A stretch of 61,392 bases of DNA, the filler included, from Candidatus Babelota bacterium (lineage in GTDB: Bacteria; JAGOBX01): NCBI GenBank assembly GCA_017999075.1. It is 16 parts of 16 records of this genome, joined end to end, with 100 filler letters (N's around TTAATTAATTAA, not from the genome) between each part and the next. Parts side by side here need not be neighbours in the genome. Positions count along the whole stretch, not along the records: positions 1 to 3,082 come from JAGOBX010000497.1; positions 3,183 to 6,256 come from JAGOBX010000498.1; positions 6,357 to 9,428 come from JAGOBX010000499.1; positions 9,529 to 12,597 come from JAGOBX010000500.1; 12 more parts are not named here. One strand, 5' to 3'. Below the pieces are notes generated by a model. It ran no database searches. It was not told the DNA's origin and saw nothing but the letters and a program-made list of their open reading frames with translations. The translations under genes and the position numbers were made by a program. Numbering within the stretch: the stretch's first letter is position 1; every line of letters starts with the position of its first letter. Shown here piece by piece: positions 1 through 9,976 of this stretch.

Positions 1-3000
1 ATTGCTGACAGCGGTTCTGAACTTTCAGGCAGAGCATTTGTAATATCAGCGCAAAAAAACGGAGTTAACGGGGATGCATGGACACCTCAAAAAACATTAT
101 GACTTGATGAGAGTTCTTCAGATTCGATTACCAGATCATGGTCATTAAAAACTATTACTCTTGATTCAAATTATAATACGAAAGAAGATATAAATTTAAA
201 ATTTGAATATGTCAGCGGCGGAGCTTCAGTTTATATTGATGACCTTATTTGTTCAGGTCCATCTAATGCAGTAAATTCCGCATATATTTTGTGCAAAACT
301 CAACAGGGTGGAACATCAATAAGCCAAAATACCTGGCAGACTGACAGTTATGTTTATTTTACTTCAATTTATCCTGAATCCGCAGCGGCAGATTTAAAAC
401 ATTGGAAATATGATCAGCAAAGCGGTAATGTTATCGTTTCTGATTCTGCTAATTCTTCAGGATATAATACAACCGGAGAATGGAATAGCGTATATCTTTA
501 TCCCGGATTAAGTTATTTTCATGTTCAACCTCGAACCTCAGGGTTATGGCGGACAGAAATGGTGTTTTCAATACTGTGCGATTCTACCCAGCCTACTACA
601 ATTTCAAATTTATCTTGTTCTGATTCAAGCGGCTATACAGCTACATTAAGCTGGACGTCATGTGATTCTGATGGATTGTCTCCGTGGAATGAATACGAAA
701 TAATTTATAAATCAGGAGGCGCGCCAACAGATTCTGACAGCGATGGTGTTTACAATAAGAATAATTATACTGCTTTGGGAACAAGAACCACTACTTCTAT
801 CACTGCGACAGGATTAACACCTAATACGAATTATCAATTTAAAATTCGAGGTAAAGATTCTGCCGGGAATATAGGAATATTATCTAATAATCTTTCTATA
901 ACTTTGCCTAATGTTGTTCATCATTTTGATGTTGACTGCGATTCGGAAGCTCCTCTTGCAGTAGAACAGGGAAAGACTTTTGTACTGAAAATACAGGCAA
1001 AAGATTCATTGAATGCAAATTTTGATTTAGATGATTATGTAGATATTATTGCAGAAACAGGAGTTATTGAACCTTGTTCTGCTACTTTAGTTAATGGTTA
1101 TGCGGAAGTGGAGTGCAGGCTTACAGATCCTGATAGCAATATTACAATTACAGTATCTTATTCTGCTGTGCCGGCGAAAATTATCATTTCAGAAATTCAG
1201 ACAAAAAATTATCAACCTGGAGATCCTAATGACAGATTTTTTGAAATTTTGAATTATGGAGGAAGAATTCAGGATTTAAAAGGATGGCAAGCAATTTATA
1301 ATAACAATCCTTCTACGGAAGATAAAATATTTAAAATAAATATGCGTGGATATTTAGGTGTTGGTGAAAGGCTTGTTGTGGGAAGAGATGGGGATGAATT
1401 CTATGCGCAATATGGTTTTTATCCTGATTTTGTGAATCAGGGTTTCTGGCTAAATAATGGAAATGATACTATTTGTTTGTTCAATACCAATTCCAATTCT
1501 ATAGTTGATAGGAGTTTTGCTTTAACCACTACTGCTAATTTATTTGAAAGAAGACCGGATTCTTTGCCAAATGAAGGTTCTGTTTTAGGTTATTGGATAG
1601 ATAGGGGAACAGTTTTGGGAACACCTAAAGCAGCGAATGTTAATTCTATATCAGTAACAACACAGGTCGCTACCGGAACTATTGAAATGAATGTAACAAG
1701 CGCAAATTATATGAGTTATCTTGATATAGTTTTAAATACAGATACCCCTTTAGAGGGTCAAAATATTAATATTACTATTTCTGCAAGAGATGACAGTGGT
1801 AGTTTATATGGGCTATTCACAGGAGTTGTAGGGATGTCGTCTTCAGCAGGTATTGTAATCCCCTCAACTTCAAATAGTTTTTCAGGAGGACAAGTTACTC
1901 AGAATATTATAATAGATAGTCCGTTATTATCAAGTGATGTTACCTGTACTTTTACTGTTACATACAATCTTCCTAACGGCGGTATGCCTGATGTAATTAT
2001 TTCTGAAGTTAAAGTTGGAACTGATAGATTTATAGAATTACTTAATGCAGGAGGTATGACTCAAAATTTAAAAAATTGGAAGTTAAGGCATTATAAAGTT
2101 GGTTCTGGATTAATGGCTACAGTTTATCTGTCCGGGATTTTACCTGTAGGAGATAGTATAGTTATTGTAGAAAATGAAGAAGATTTTCATGTTTCACATT
2201 CTAGCATAGTAGTTGATTATGAAAATACGAAACTTGATTATGCTGCTGGAGATAAAAATTATTTTCAATTGTTTGATAATGAAGACAACTTAATGGATAA
2301 TTTTGGAACAGCAACAATGCCAGATATGGTTGATGGTGCATATTACCGTATTTATAGTCCTCAAAATGACGGTACGATTATTTCAGGAACTTCTACTTCA
2401 GCATGGATTATAGCTGCTGGAGCATCAGGTACGCCTAAAACTCCGAATCCTTCAGGAGAAATTCCTATAAATTATGATACCAGAGTTGGTCAGGCAGTGT
2501 TTACTTTATATATGGATAATGCTCCTGAAATAATTATAAATGATGACAGTTATACTTTTAAAAATTCAGACAGCACTGCTTATATAGGAGTTATTGATGT
2601 TGATTTTTCTGATGATGCAGGCATAGATACTGTGTATTTTTCAATAGGTACTGATACGGATGTTTTTGATTTGGGAGGAAAAGACACTTATACTCTTAAT
2701 TTTACTTTAAATAAAGTATACGCTGCTTTATCTCCAGGAACCAATAAAATATGGATTGATGCTATAGATTCTGGTGGAAACAGAAGTACTGATTATTTTT
2801 ATGTTACGTATGAACCTATAGTTATTGATGGAGATTTAAGCGATTGGCAATATGATGAATTATGCGACGTCCGTAACGGAGACAGTTTTTATATAACTTG
2901 GGATGATTTGAATCTATATTTTGGATACCAGGGTCAGCACGGTGATATGAGTGCAGCCGATTTATATATATACATAGACACTGGTTATGGCGGTTCTGCT

Positions 3001-3082
3001 GTTTCTGATAATCAGAATGGAACGCACAATTTGCCGCTTTCAGCAAGTTTAGTTATATTGGCTGATAATAATTTAGTTACTT
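1..3082 (+). CDS. Large secreted/surface protein fragment (FN3 + two lamin-tail-like domains), partial at both ends, one in-frame TGA at 100-102
   Basis: Frame +1 is open from base 1 except one TGA. FN3 signature (ATLSW...ITATGLTPNTNYQFKIRGKDSAGN). Two LTD-like units (IIISEIQ..FFEILNYG..DLKGW; VIISEVK..FIELLNAG..NLKNW; GTP ends). C-terminal IDGDLSDW..YITWDDLNLYFG resembles a carbohydrate-binding DOMON-like domain. Confidence 0.7.
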
Positions 3083-3182
3083 NNNNNNNNNNNNNNNNNN
3101 NNNNNNNNNNNNNNNNNNNNNNNNNNTTAATTAATTAANNNNNNNNNNNNNNNNNNNNNNNNNNNNNNNNNNNNNNNNNNNN
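3083..3182. other. Artificial contig linker N44-TTAATTAATTAA-N44 (first of 15)
   Basis: Identical 100-nt spacers with all-frame stops also at 6257-6356, 9429-9528, 12598-12697, 15763-15862, 30048-30147, 33208-33307, 36354-36453, 39496-39595, 42637-42736, 45772-45871, 48904-49003, 52032-52131, 55157-55256, 58275-58374. There is a separate internal 48-N gap at 39649-39696. Confidence 0.99.
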
Positions 3183-3183
3183 A

Positions 3184-3837
3184 AAACTTATAGATTCAGG
3201 CATAAAATATTTTGAAATTTCAATGCCTTCTTTAAATAAAACAATTTATAAAACACTTACATCAAACGGCAACTTTGATATTTTAAAAAAAAATATTTTA
3301 GAACTTAGAAAATACGATGTTTATATATGTATTTCTGCAGTAATAACAAAAATTAATATAAAAGGAATAACCGAATTATTTGAATTTTGCAGAGCATGTT
3401 CCATAAATTCTTTAGCGTTAAACAGATTATGTTATTCCGGAAGCGCAATTAAAAATTTCAAAAATCTTAACCCTGAATATTACGAATTAAAAAATTTATT
3501 TAATTTACTTAACACCTTAAACTCTGGTGATTCTTCAATGCCAGTAAGATTCACGATACCATTCGAAAATTGTATTTATAAATGCAATGAATTGTCTAAC
3601 CTTGAATTTTCAAGATGCAGATGCGGAATCGATAAATGGGTAATTGATTCGGCAGGCAATTTAAGAATATGCGAACAATCAGAAGAAATACTCGGTTCGC
3701 TTTTAAAAAAAGATTTTATTGAACTGTCAAATTCAGAAAACGTCAAAAACCTTCTGAATAAAACAAAATTTCCAGAATGCAGTTTATGTTCAGATTTTAC
3801 AATATGTAGATCAGGATGCAAATATGTTTTAATATAA
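3184..3837 (+). CDS. Radical SAM protein with SPASM domain, 5' partial
   Basis: Open from the contig start. SPASM cysteines CRCGIDKWVIDSAGNLRICE and CSLCSDFTICRSGC. Confidence 0.85.
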   Translation, partial: KLIDSGIKYFEISMPSLNKTIYKTLTSNGNFDILKKNILELRKYDVYICISAVITKINIKGITELFEFCRACSINSLALNRLCYSGSAIKNFKNLNPEYYELKNLFNLLNTLNSGDSSMPVRFTIPFENCIYKCNELSNLEFSRCRCGIDKWVIDSAGNLRICEQSEEILGSLLKKDFIELSNSENVKNLLNKTKFPECSLCSDFTICRSGCKYVLI

Positions 3838-3864
3838 AATATATTTCAACAAAAAATAAAAAAA

Positions 3865-3942
3865 TGGTCGGGCAGACTGGATTTGAACCAGCGACCCCCA
3901 CCACCCCAAGGTGGTGCGCTACCCAAACTGCGCTACTGCCCG
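3865..3942 (-). tRNA. tRNA-Pro(GGG)
   Basis: Minus strand reads CGGGCAGTAGCGCAG...CCACC-TTGGGGT-GGTGG...GGTTCAAATCC...CTGCCCG-A-CCA; cloverleaf with encoded CCA. Confidence 0.97.
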
Positions 3943-4045
3943 ATTTTATTTAATAAAAGAAAAGATAATTTCTATATTATTTATTAAACGTATTAAGATT
4001 TTATTTTTATTATTCAAATTAATTATATATGCTGTTTTTTTTTTG

Positions 4046-5341
4046 TCAACATATTTCAAAATCAGCTATACAATTTTTTTTATCAAAAGATAAAATTTTA
4101 ACTTTCAAAAAACCGGCGTAACTGTTTTTCTGTAATCCGATTATTTTTCCTCTTATATAATTTTCCGTATACCCATACGATATGTTTTCCGAATTATTAA
4201 AGTAATCAGAATTATCCCTGCTGCTTGAAACATATTCAGGAATAACAGAATACATTTTTCCGATTCTGTCTTTAACAAATTTTTCCTGAAACTGATTTCC
4301 TATTTTTTTCAATTCAGCACATCTTTCATATTTTATTTTTTCTGATTGTTTTTCAGGCAAATTATATGAAGAAGTTATTTTTCTGTCAGAATAAGGGAAG
4401 ATATGGGTTCTACTGAATTCTATTTTTTTTATAAAATTAATTGTTTCCTTAAATTTTTTTTCTGTTTCTCCAGGAAATCCAGTTATAATATCAGTAGTTA
4501 TTCCTATGTCTTGTATACTATTTTTCAGTTTCTGAACTTTATCAAAATAATATTCAGCAGTGTAATTTCTATTCATTAATTTTAAAATTTCATTACTGCC
4601 CGACTGGAGAGATATGTGCAGATGGGAACAAATTTTTCCGGAATTTTTCATAATATCAATTAGTCTATCGGTAATGCCGTCAATATTAATCGAACTCAAT
4701 CTTATTCTGAAATTTCCGGGCAATTCAACAAGTTCAGCCAATAAATCATCAAGCATATAATTATTATATTTATATTTGGATATATTTATTCCAGTCAAAA
4801 TAATTTCTTGATAACCATTTTTTAAAAGCGTTTTAAATTCTTCTGCAATTTCAATCCGGTTTCTACTTATCAAATCTTTACGCAGATAAGGGATTACACA
4901 GTATGAGCAATAATTATCGCAGCCATCCTGAATTTTTATAAGACCTCTGCTATGGTTATCAAACTTTGTAATTCCTGAATTAATTTTATTTTTTAACGGT
5001 TCTTTATTACTTAACCCGGCTATGAATTCAGGTATTTTATATTTTTCTTCATTGGTAAAACAGTAAGTTTCAGTCAAAGTTTCATCAATTTTTTTTAAAT
5101 AATTAACAGCGCATCCGGCAATAATTATTATAATTTTCCTGTTTCGGAATTTAACTCCTGAAACAAATTTCCTAAGTTTTTTAACAGATGTTTCAGTGAC
5201 AGCGCACGACATTATTATCAAAATTTCAGCTATTTTCAATTCATCAACTGAAACATTCCCGTATGATTCGAGCGATTCTCTCAATATTTCGGTTTCATAT
5301 TGATTGATTTTACAGCCAAAAAATTTTAGATATATACGCAT
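4046..5341 (-). CDS. mtaB: tRNA t6A37 methylthiotransferase MtaB
   Basis: N-terminal GCKINQYE and SCAVT of the UPF0004 domain; CDNYCSYC radical SAM motif; KIQDGC; HLHISLQSGS; GYTENY. Typical of MtaB. Confidence 0.88.
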   Translation of the reverse strand: MRIYLKFFGCKINQYETEILRESLESYGNVSVDELKIAEILIIMSCAVTETSVKKLRKFVSGVKFRNRKIIIIIAGCAVNYLKKIDETLTETYCFTNEEKYKIPEFIAGLSNKEPLKNKINSGITKFDNHSRGLIKIQDGCDNYCSYCVIPYLRKDLISRNRIEIAEEFKTLLKNGYQEIILTGINISKYKYNNYMLDDLLAELVELPGNFRIRLSSINIDGITDRLIDIMKNSGKICSHLHISLQSGSNEILKLMNRNYTAEYYFDKVQKLKNSIQDIGITTDIITGFPGETEKKFKETINFIKKIEFSRTHIFPYSDRKITSSYNLPEKQSEKIKYERCAELKKIGNQFQEKFVKDRIGKMYSVIPEYVSSSRDNSDYFNNSENISYGYTENYIRGKIIGLQKNSYAGFLKVKILSFDKKNCIADFEIC

Positions 5342-5342
5342 T

Positions 5343-6182
5343 TTATAATTTTATTAAAGGAATACTTTCTATTTCATCTATAGATATATGTTTAGAACCG
5401 ATAAATTCAGTATCTTGAAGAACAGATACCTCAGCGTTATTTTGAAGGCAAACATTAATTAAATTGAGAATTTCCCATTTTTTTCTTGAATCAAGTAAAA
5501 TAATAACATTTAAAAGAGTATACTTATTATTTAAAAGATAAGTTTTAAAATCGTTCAAATTTCCAAGATATTTGCATCCTGATTTTTTAGTATTCCATTC
5601 AATGTCAGGCTGACTGTCAAAATATCCAAGAACATTATAATCAGAAGTATTGTTAAATATATTTTCTATTTCTTCAAATTTATCCTTATTGCATCCTATA
5701 AATACAACATACCTGCGTGAAAATTTAAATTCAGACAATATCTTCAATAAAATTTTTTTTATAATTAAGTTTCTTGTCAAATTGAAGATTATCAGAACGA
5801 TTAAATATATCATGTAATAAATTCTTGAAATCACAACAAATTTCAAATAAAACGATATTAAAAATATTATCATAATATACGTTACATTTGCATAACAAAT
5901 ATCTACAATTTGATTTTTAATATTTTCTTCGGTTTTTTCAGAATAAAAATGAAAATAATGAAAAACCAAAAAATATATTACAAAGAAATAACTGAAAAAA
6001 TTAAAATATTTATTCCACAAATTATTATGCCACAGTTCCGAATCAGAATAAAACGGTTCAAATACGGCAAATCTCAGCATAAAAGAAAATTTCAAAGCAA
6101 GGTATAATAAAATCAAATCTATTAAAAAAAGTATCACGGCATATAATTTAGTTTTTATAATTTTCAATATAATGCTTTTCAT
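5343..6182 (-). CDS. WcaJ/WbaP-like N-terminal part only (4 TM + nucleotide-binding-like domain), no catalytic domain
   Basis: Four hydrophobic helices, then VVFIGC and YNVLGYFD..YLGNLNDF. Stops at IESIPLIKL, exactly where the Bac_transf domain normally begins. Confidence 0.7.
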   Translation of the reverse strand: MKSIILKIIKTKLYAVILFLIDLILLYLALKFSFMLRFAVFEPFYSDSELWHNNLWNKYFNFFSYFFVIYFLVFHYFHFYSEKTEENIKNQIVDICYANVTYIMIIFLISFYLKFVVISRIYYMIYLIVLIIFNLTRNLIIKKILLKILSEFKFSRRYVVFIGCNKDKFEEIENIFNNTSDYNVLGYFDSQPDIEWNTKKSGCKYLGNLNDFKTYLLNNKYTLLNVIILLDSRKKWEILNLINVCLQNNAEVSVLQDTEFIGSKHISIDEIESIPLIKL

Positions 6183-6185
6183 ATT

Positions 6186-6256
6186 TTAATATGACCCTCT
6201 TGCAGTTATAACAGTAGTTATGGTTTTCAATAAAATATATAAATCAAGTCCTAATG
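6186..6256 (-). CDS. C-terminal end of a sugar transferase (Bac_transf domain), 5' partial
   Basis: Minus strand translates LGLDLYILLKTITTVITARGSY*, the typical DxxIxxKT..GAY end of phosphoglycosyltransferases. Not in the ORF track. Confidence 0.8.
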
Positions 6257-6356
6257 NNNNNNNNNNNNNNNNNNNNNNNNNNNNNNNNNNNNNNNNNNNN
6301 TTAATTAATTAANNNNNNNNNNNNNNNNNNNNNNNNNNNNNNNNNNNNNNNNNNNN

Positions 6357-7383
6357 CAACAAAAAAATTTAATTTTACAATATTATTTACGCTTGAAGAA
6401 GTCATATCATTTTTTAATTCGTTGTAAGCCTCGTTATTTAACGAGTTATTTGAAACCGAAGTTTTTAAATCGTGAATCGATAGTTTATCCGAATTATCGA
6501 AAACACTGTTGAAAAATAAAGCGAACGATTTATTATTTGAAAAATCTAAATACAATTGATTAATTTGATTTTCAATGGCTGAACTTTCGCTTGATAATTG
6601 ATTATACTTTTTTACCGCTTCGTTAAATTTTGATATTTCAATGTTTTTTTCTTTCAATAAAAATAGTAAAATAAAGTTAATAATTGTAAGAACTAAAACC
6701 GCTGACGTAATATATTTCGCGATTTTAACTGTGTCTGGAAATTTTTTTTTGGCAGCTCTGTTCTTTAAAATAATTTCAGGTTTAAATTTTATTATTTCAT
6801 TATAAATATCAATAGTATATTGTTTGACATCATAATCAAATTTTTGTTTTGATTTATCAAAATTACTTTTTTCAATATCAAAGAATAATTTTGATGGATT
6901 AGTAAAATTAAAAATTTTTTTAATATCTCCAATGCAGCCGGAGATAAATATTTCGGCGTTTTCCGCATATTCGTCGAGATAATACAAAATTTTTCCGGAG
7001 TTTATATAAATGCAATAAATATATTCAGCCCAAAATATAAAATATAAACCGTCGTCAACAATATTTAATTTTCTTTTTAATAATTCAATTACCGGAATTA
7101 CAGAAAAAAATTCAGAGTTGTCCGAAGTTTTTTTTATATCATTTTTTGATACTGCAAAAATTGAATTTTCATCGGAGTAAGAATATGATTCATTAATATC
7201 AAACGGAAAAAAATCATCGGGAAAACATTGAATTCCATTACCTTTTTGATTTTTTAAATTCAATCGCGAATTATAAAAATACACATTGTTAACTGCTATC
7301 AATGTTTTTTTTAAAGATAAAGTTTTATTATTTATTTTTGTCAAAATTTTATGACTGTTCAAATTTGCAATAAGATATTTCAT
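6357..7383 (-). CDS. Hypothetical bitopic protein, possibly PilM/PilN- or GspL-like, 3' partial
   Basis: Directly follows the secretin. Cytoplasmic domain + single TM (YITSAVLVLTIINFILLFLL) + coiled coil. Family assignment is inference. Confidence 0.45.
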
Positions 7384-7384
7384 A

Positions 7385-9124
7385 TTATTTTATTATACGG
7401 GGAGTTATATAAAATACAAGTTCGCTTTTAGACTGAGATTTTACCTTTTTAGTAAACAATGATTTGATTATTGGAATTTTTCCCAATAAAGGGAAATTGT
7501 CTTCTGATTGAGAAGACCTGTCCTGTATTAATCCTGCTATTATTATAGTTTGCCCGTCTTTTATTGATAATTCTGTTTTTGCGTCGCGCGTATTTACCGC
7601 CGGAATTCCGTCTGAACTCATACTTCCGGGACTGCTGACTTTAACAAAAATTTCTACGCGGATATATTCTGAATTATCGCTGATAACAGGTTTAATTTTT
7701 AATTGAATGCCTGACGAAATTTTTTGAATGCTTGTTAGCGGAGTTTCAACGTTTCCAGTCGTAACTTTAAAATGTTCTTCAAGCGCGACATTTATTGTTG
7801 CTTCTTTGCCGCTGACAGTAGCAATTTTAGGGGACGCTTTAACCTCGGCTTTTCCTTCGGTTATAAGGTTCTGAAGAGTTGTTGAAAATTCGTCCGTAAT
7901 ATTTCTTAATGGCAAAGATTTTATATCAGCAGAAATGTTGCCAGGAGAAATCGAAATATTATTCCCGCCTCCTTTTAGTATTAAACTTAAATTCTGATTT
8001 TTTGATAAATCATCTGTAAAATCTATTATCTGAGCTTCTAACATTATTACAGGCGCAGGTTTATCAACTGATGAAATATATTCTTCAAGCCGTTTAATCA
8101 TTGATTGAGTTCCTTCGAATAAAATCGCGTTATGTTCGGGAAAAACCTTTATTTTATCGGCTTTTATATATGACGGAAGCATCTTAATAATTTCTTCAGC
8201 TTTTAAATTTTTGATTTTTATATATCTCAAAGAATTTATCATTACCGCGGAATTTTCATCGTTCAAAGCCGATATATTATAAACGTCTCCGATTTTTGAA
8301 ACTCCGAATTTACTGCCTTCAATAATTTTATTTAACGCGTCGTCAATTTTAGCGCCGCTGATTTTCATTTTTTCAATTTTGCCTTTTATTGAACCGTAAA
8401 AAATTATATCCAGTCCCGCTTTTTTAGCTATTTCCTGAATAACGTCTCCAATATCGGCGGAAACCAAATCTATTGTTAATGAATCATTTGAAAGTTCAAT
8501 ATTAAGTTTTGGAGGTATTTGTTTTTTTTCCGAATCTTTATAAATTTTATAAATGCCGTTGTTTTCGATAAATGAAAATCCCGAACCGTTTATAATATTT
8601 TCTATCGCCAATTCAAATTCCGTCTCATTCAAACTTATTGTGATTTTTCCTTTTACGCTTTCGTCAGGAACAAAACTGAAACCTGTTTTATTTGAAAGTT
8701 CCATCAAAAATTTTATTATATCGCAATCAACTGCGCGCGCAAAAATTTTATTATCTTTAACGCTAATTGTAAAAATTTCTTTTGTATCGGCTGATTGCTG
8801 TTTCTCAGGTTCTTTTTTTTCTTCGACCGCTTTTGAAACTTCATATATTGAATTATTCATTTTCCAGACATATCCCTTGCTTCTTACAATTGAATCAAGA
8901 GCGGATTCAATACTTACATTTTCAAGATGTAATGTGATTTCACCTTTAACTTCAGGCATTGCTATAACATTTATTCCGCTTTGTATACCGATTGCCCGCA
9001 ATACGTCGGTTATTTCGGTCTGCTTGAAATCGCAGGAAATCAAACTGGTATCTGCGGGTTCTGCATAAACTGCCAAATATAATGAAATAATTATAATCAA
9101 AATAAATACTGATTTTTTTTTCAT
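7385..9124 (-). CDS. Secretin (GspD/PilQ family) with repeated STN/N domains
   Basis: Likely start MKKKSVF with signal peptide. Three STN-like repeats (DFKQTEITDVLRAI..G.N). Secretin motifs ASPKIATVSGKEATI, GIQLKIKP, PLLGKIPIIKSLF, SELVFYITPRII. Confidence 0.92.
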   Translation of the reverse strand: MKKKSVFILIIIISLYLAVYAEPADTSLISCDFKQTEITDVLRAIGIQSGINVIAMPEVKGEITLHLENVSIESALDSIVRSKGYVWKMNNSIYEVSKAVEEKKEPEKQQSADTKEIFTISVKDNKIFARAVDCDIIKFLMELSNKTGFSFVPDESVKGKITISLNETEFELAIENIINGSGFSFIENNGIYKIYKDSEKKQIPPKLNIELSNDSLTIDLVSADIGDVIQEIAKKAGLDIIFYGSIKGKIEKMKISGAKIDDALNKIIEGSKFGVSKIGDVYNISALNDENSAVMINSLRYIKIKNLKAEEIIKMLPSYIKADKIKVFPEHNAILFEGTQSMIKRLEEYISSVDKPAPVIMLEAQIIDFTDDLSKNQNLSLILKGGGNNISISPGNISADIKSLPLRNITDEFSTTLQNLITEGKAEVKASPKIATVSGKEATINVALEEHFKVTTGNVETPLTSIQKISSGIQLKIKPVISDNSEYIRVEIFVKVSSPGSMSSDGIPAVNTRDAKTELSIKDGQTIIIAGLIQDRSSQSEDNFPLLGKIPIIKSLFTKKVKSQSKSELVFYITPRIIK

Positions 9125-9140
9125 ATTTAAAACCTTCTCT

Positions 9141-9206
9141 TCTCGGTATTCTCGGTGTCTTCGGTGGACAATATTTTTTCCACCGAAAAAGACGAATGCA
9201 CCGAAA
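9141..9206. repeat. Inverted repeat built from triplicated 9-bp units
   Basis: TCTCGGTAT-TCTCGGTGT-CTTCGGTGG (9141-9167) faces CCACCGAAA-AAGACGAAT-GCACCGAAA (9180-9206) across a 12-nt spacer. Confidence 0.75.
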
Positions 9207-9428
9207 TTATAGAACAATCCTTTTAAATTCTAATTTATTTCTTCCGAAATTCAATATATAACCAACTTTCACTTCGCTTGCTTTTAAATAATTTAATATT
9301 TGACTTATATGTTCGGAACAAATATTGTCTGTTGCTTTTAGTTCTAAAATTATTTTGTTATCAATTAAAAAATCAACATAATATTTTTTGTTAAGGATAT
9401 GTGTTTTATATTTAATTAATAATTCTTT
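9207..9428 (-). CDS. GxxExxY (PD-(D/E)xK_3) protein C-terminal part, 5' partial, apparent +1 frameshift near 9400
   Basis: Translates NKKYYVDFLIDNKIILELKATDNICSEHISQILNYLKASEVKVGYILNFGRNKLEFKRIVL*, with the D..ELK, Q.LNYLK and G.ILNFG hallmarks. Missed by the ORF track. Confidence 0.85.
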   Translation of the reverse strand, partial: KELLIKYKTHILNKKYYVDFLIDNKIILELKATDNICSEHISQILNYLKASEVKVGYILNFGRNKLEFKRIVL

Positions 9429-9528
9429 NNNNNNNNNNNNNNNNNNNNNNNNNNNNNNNNNNNNNNNNNNNNTTAATTAATTAANNNNNNNNNNNNNNNN
9501 NNNNNNNNNNNNNNNNNNNNNNNNNNNN

Positions 9529-9966
9529 TTTTCCTATATCAGGTCTGCTTTCATATACAACATTCAAATCAATTCTTGTTTCTGCTTTTTTCCTTGGTTT
9601 TACTGTTTCAGCCGCATTTTTAAACTGAACAATGCTGTTTTTTTTTTCATCATTCAAAGAATTAAGCTGTCCGGTTTCAACTCCCTGTTTTTTTTCACCT
9701 TTAATTTCAACATAATTTTCTTTTTTTTTTTTTACTGCCGGAACAGTCTGTTCTCCTTTTTTATAATTCCAATCAGGTCCGGAAATTTTCAGAACAGTAG
9801 TTTTCAACAATGCTATTTCTTTTGTAAGCTCATTGATTCTGAATTTTAACGTTTCTACATCGTCTGTCAAATAATCAAGTTCACTGATGTTCTGTTGTCC
9901 ATTCAAATCATAATAAAATGACAAAAAAAACAACAAAACAAAAAAACTGCATCTGATACTTTTCAT
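9529..9966 (-). CDS. Hypothetical secreted coiled-coil protein, 3' partial
   Basis: Signal-like MKSIRCSFFVLLFFLSF followed by a heptad coiled coil; runs into the linker. Confidence 0.55.
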
Positions 9967-9976
9967 AAACTGTGTT

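Noticed and set aside
100..102. Alternative genetic code (TGA = Trp/Gly)
   Set aside because: Conserved genes end at TGA in the expected places and TGG is used for Trp; only one such in-frame case was seen outside the RT pseudogene.
3127..3138. Recurrent TTAATTAATTAA about every 3.1 kb as a biological repeat or CRISPR
   Set aside because: Always embedded in N-runs; a synthetic all-frame stop linker.
3911..4093. 60-aa ORF
   Set aside because: Overlaps tRNA-Pro and the mtaB end on the opposite strand; low-complexity translation.
9125..9217. N-terminal extension of the secretin in the ORF track (HRRHREYRE)
   Set aside because: It is a translation of the 9-bp repeat; the signal peptide starts at the ATG at 9124.
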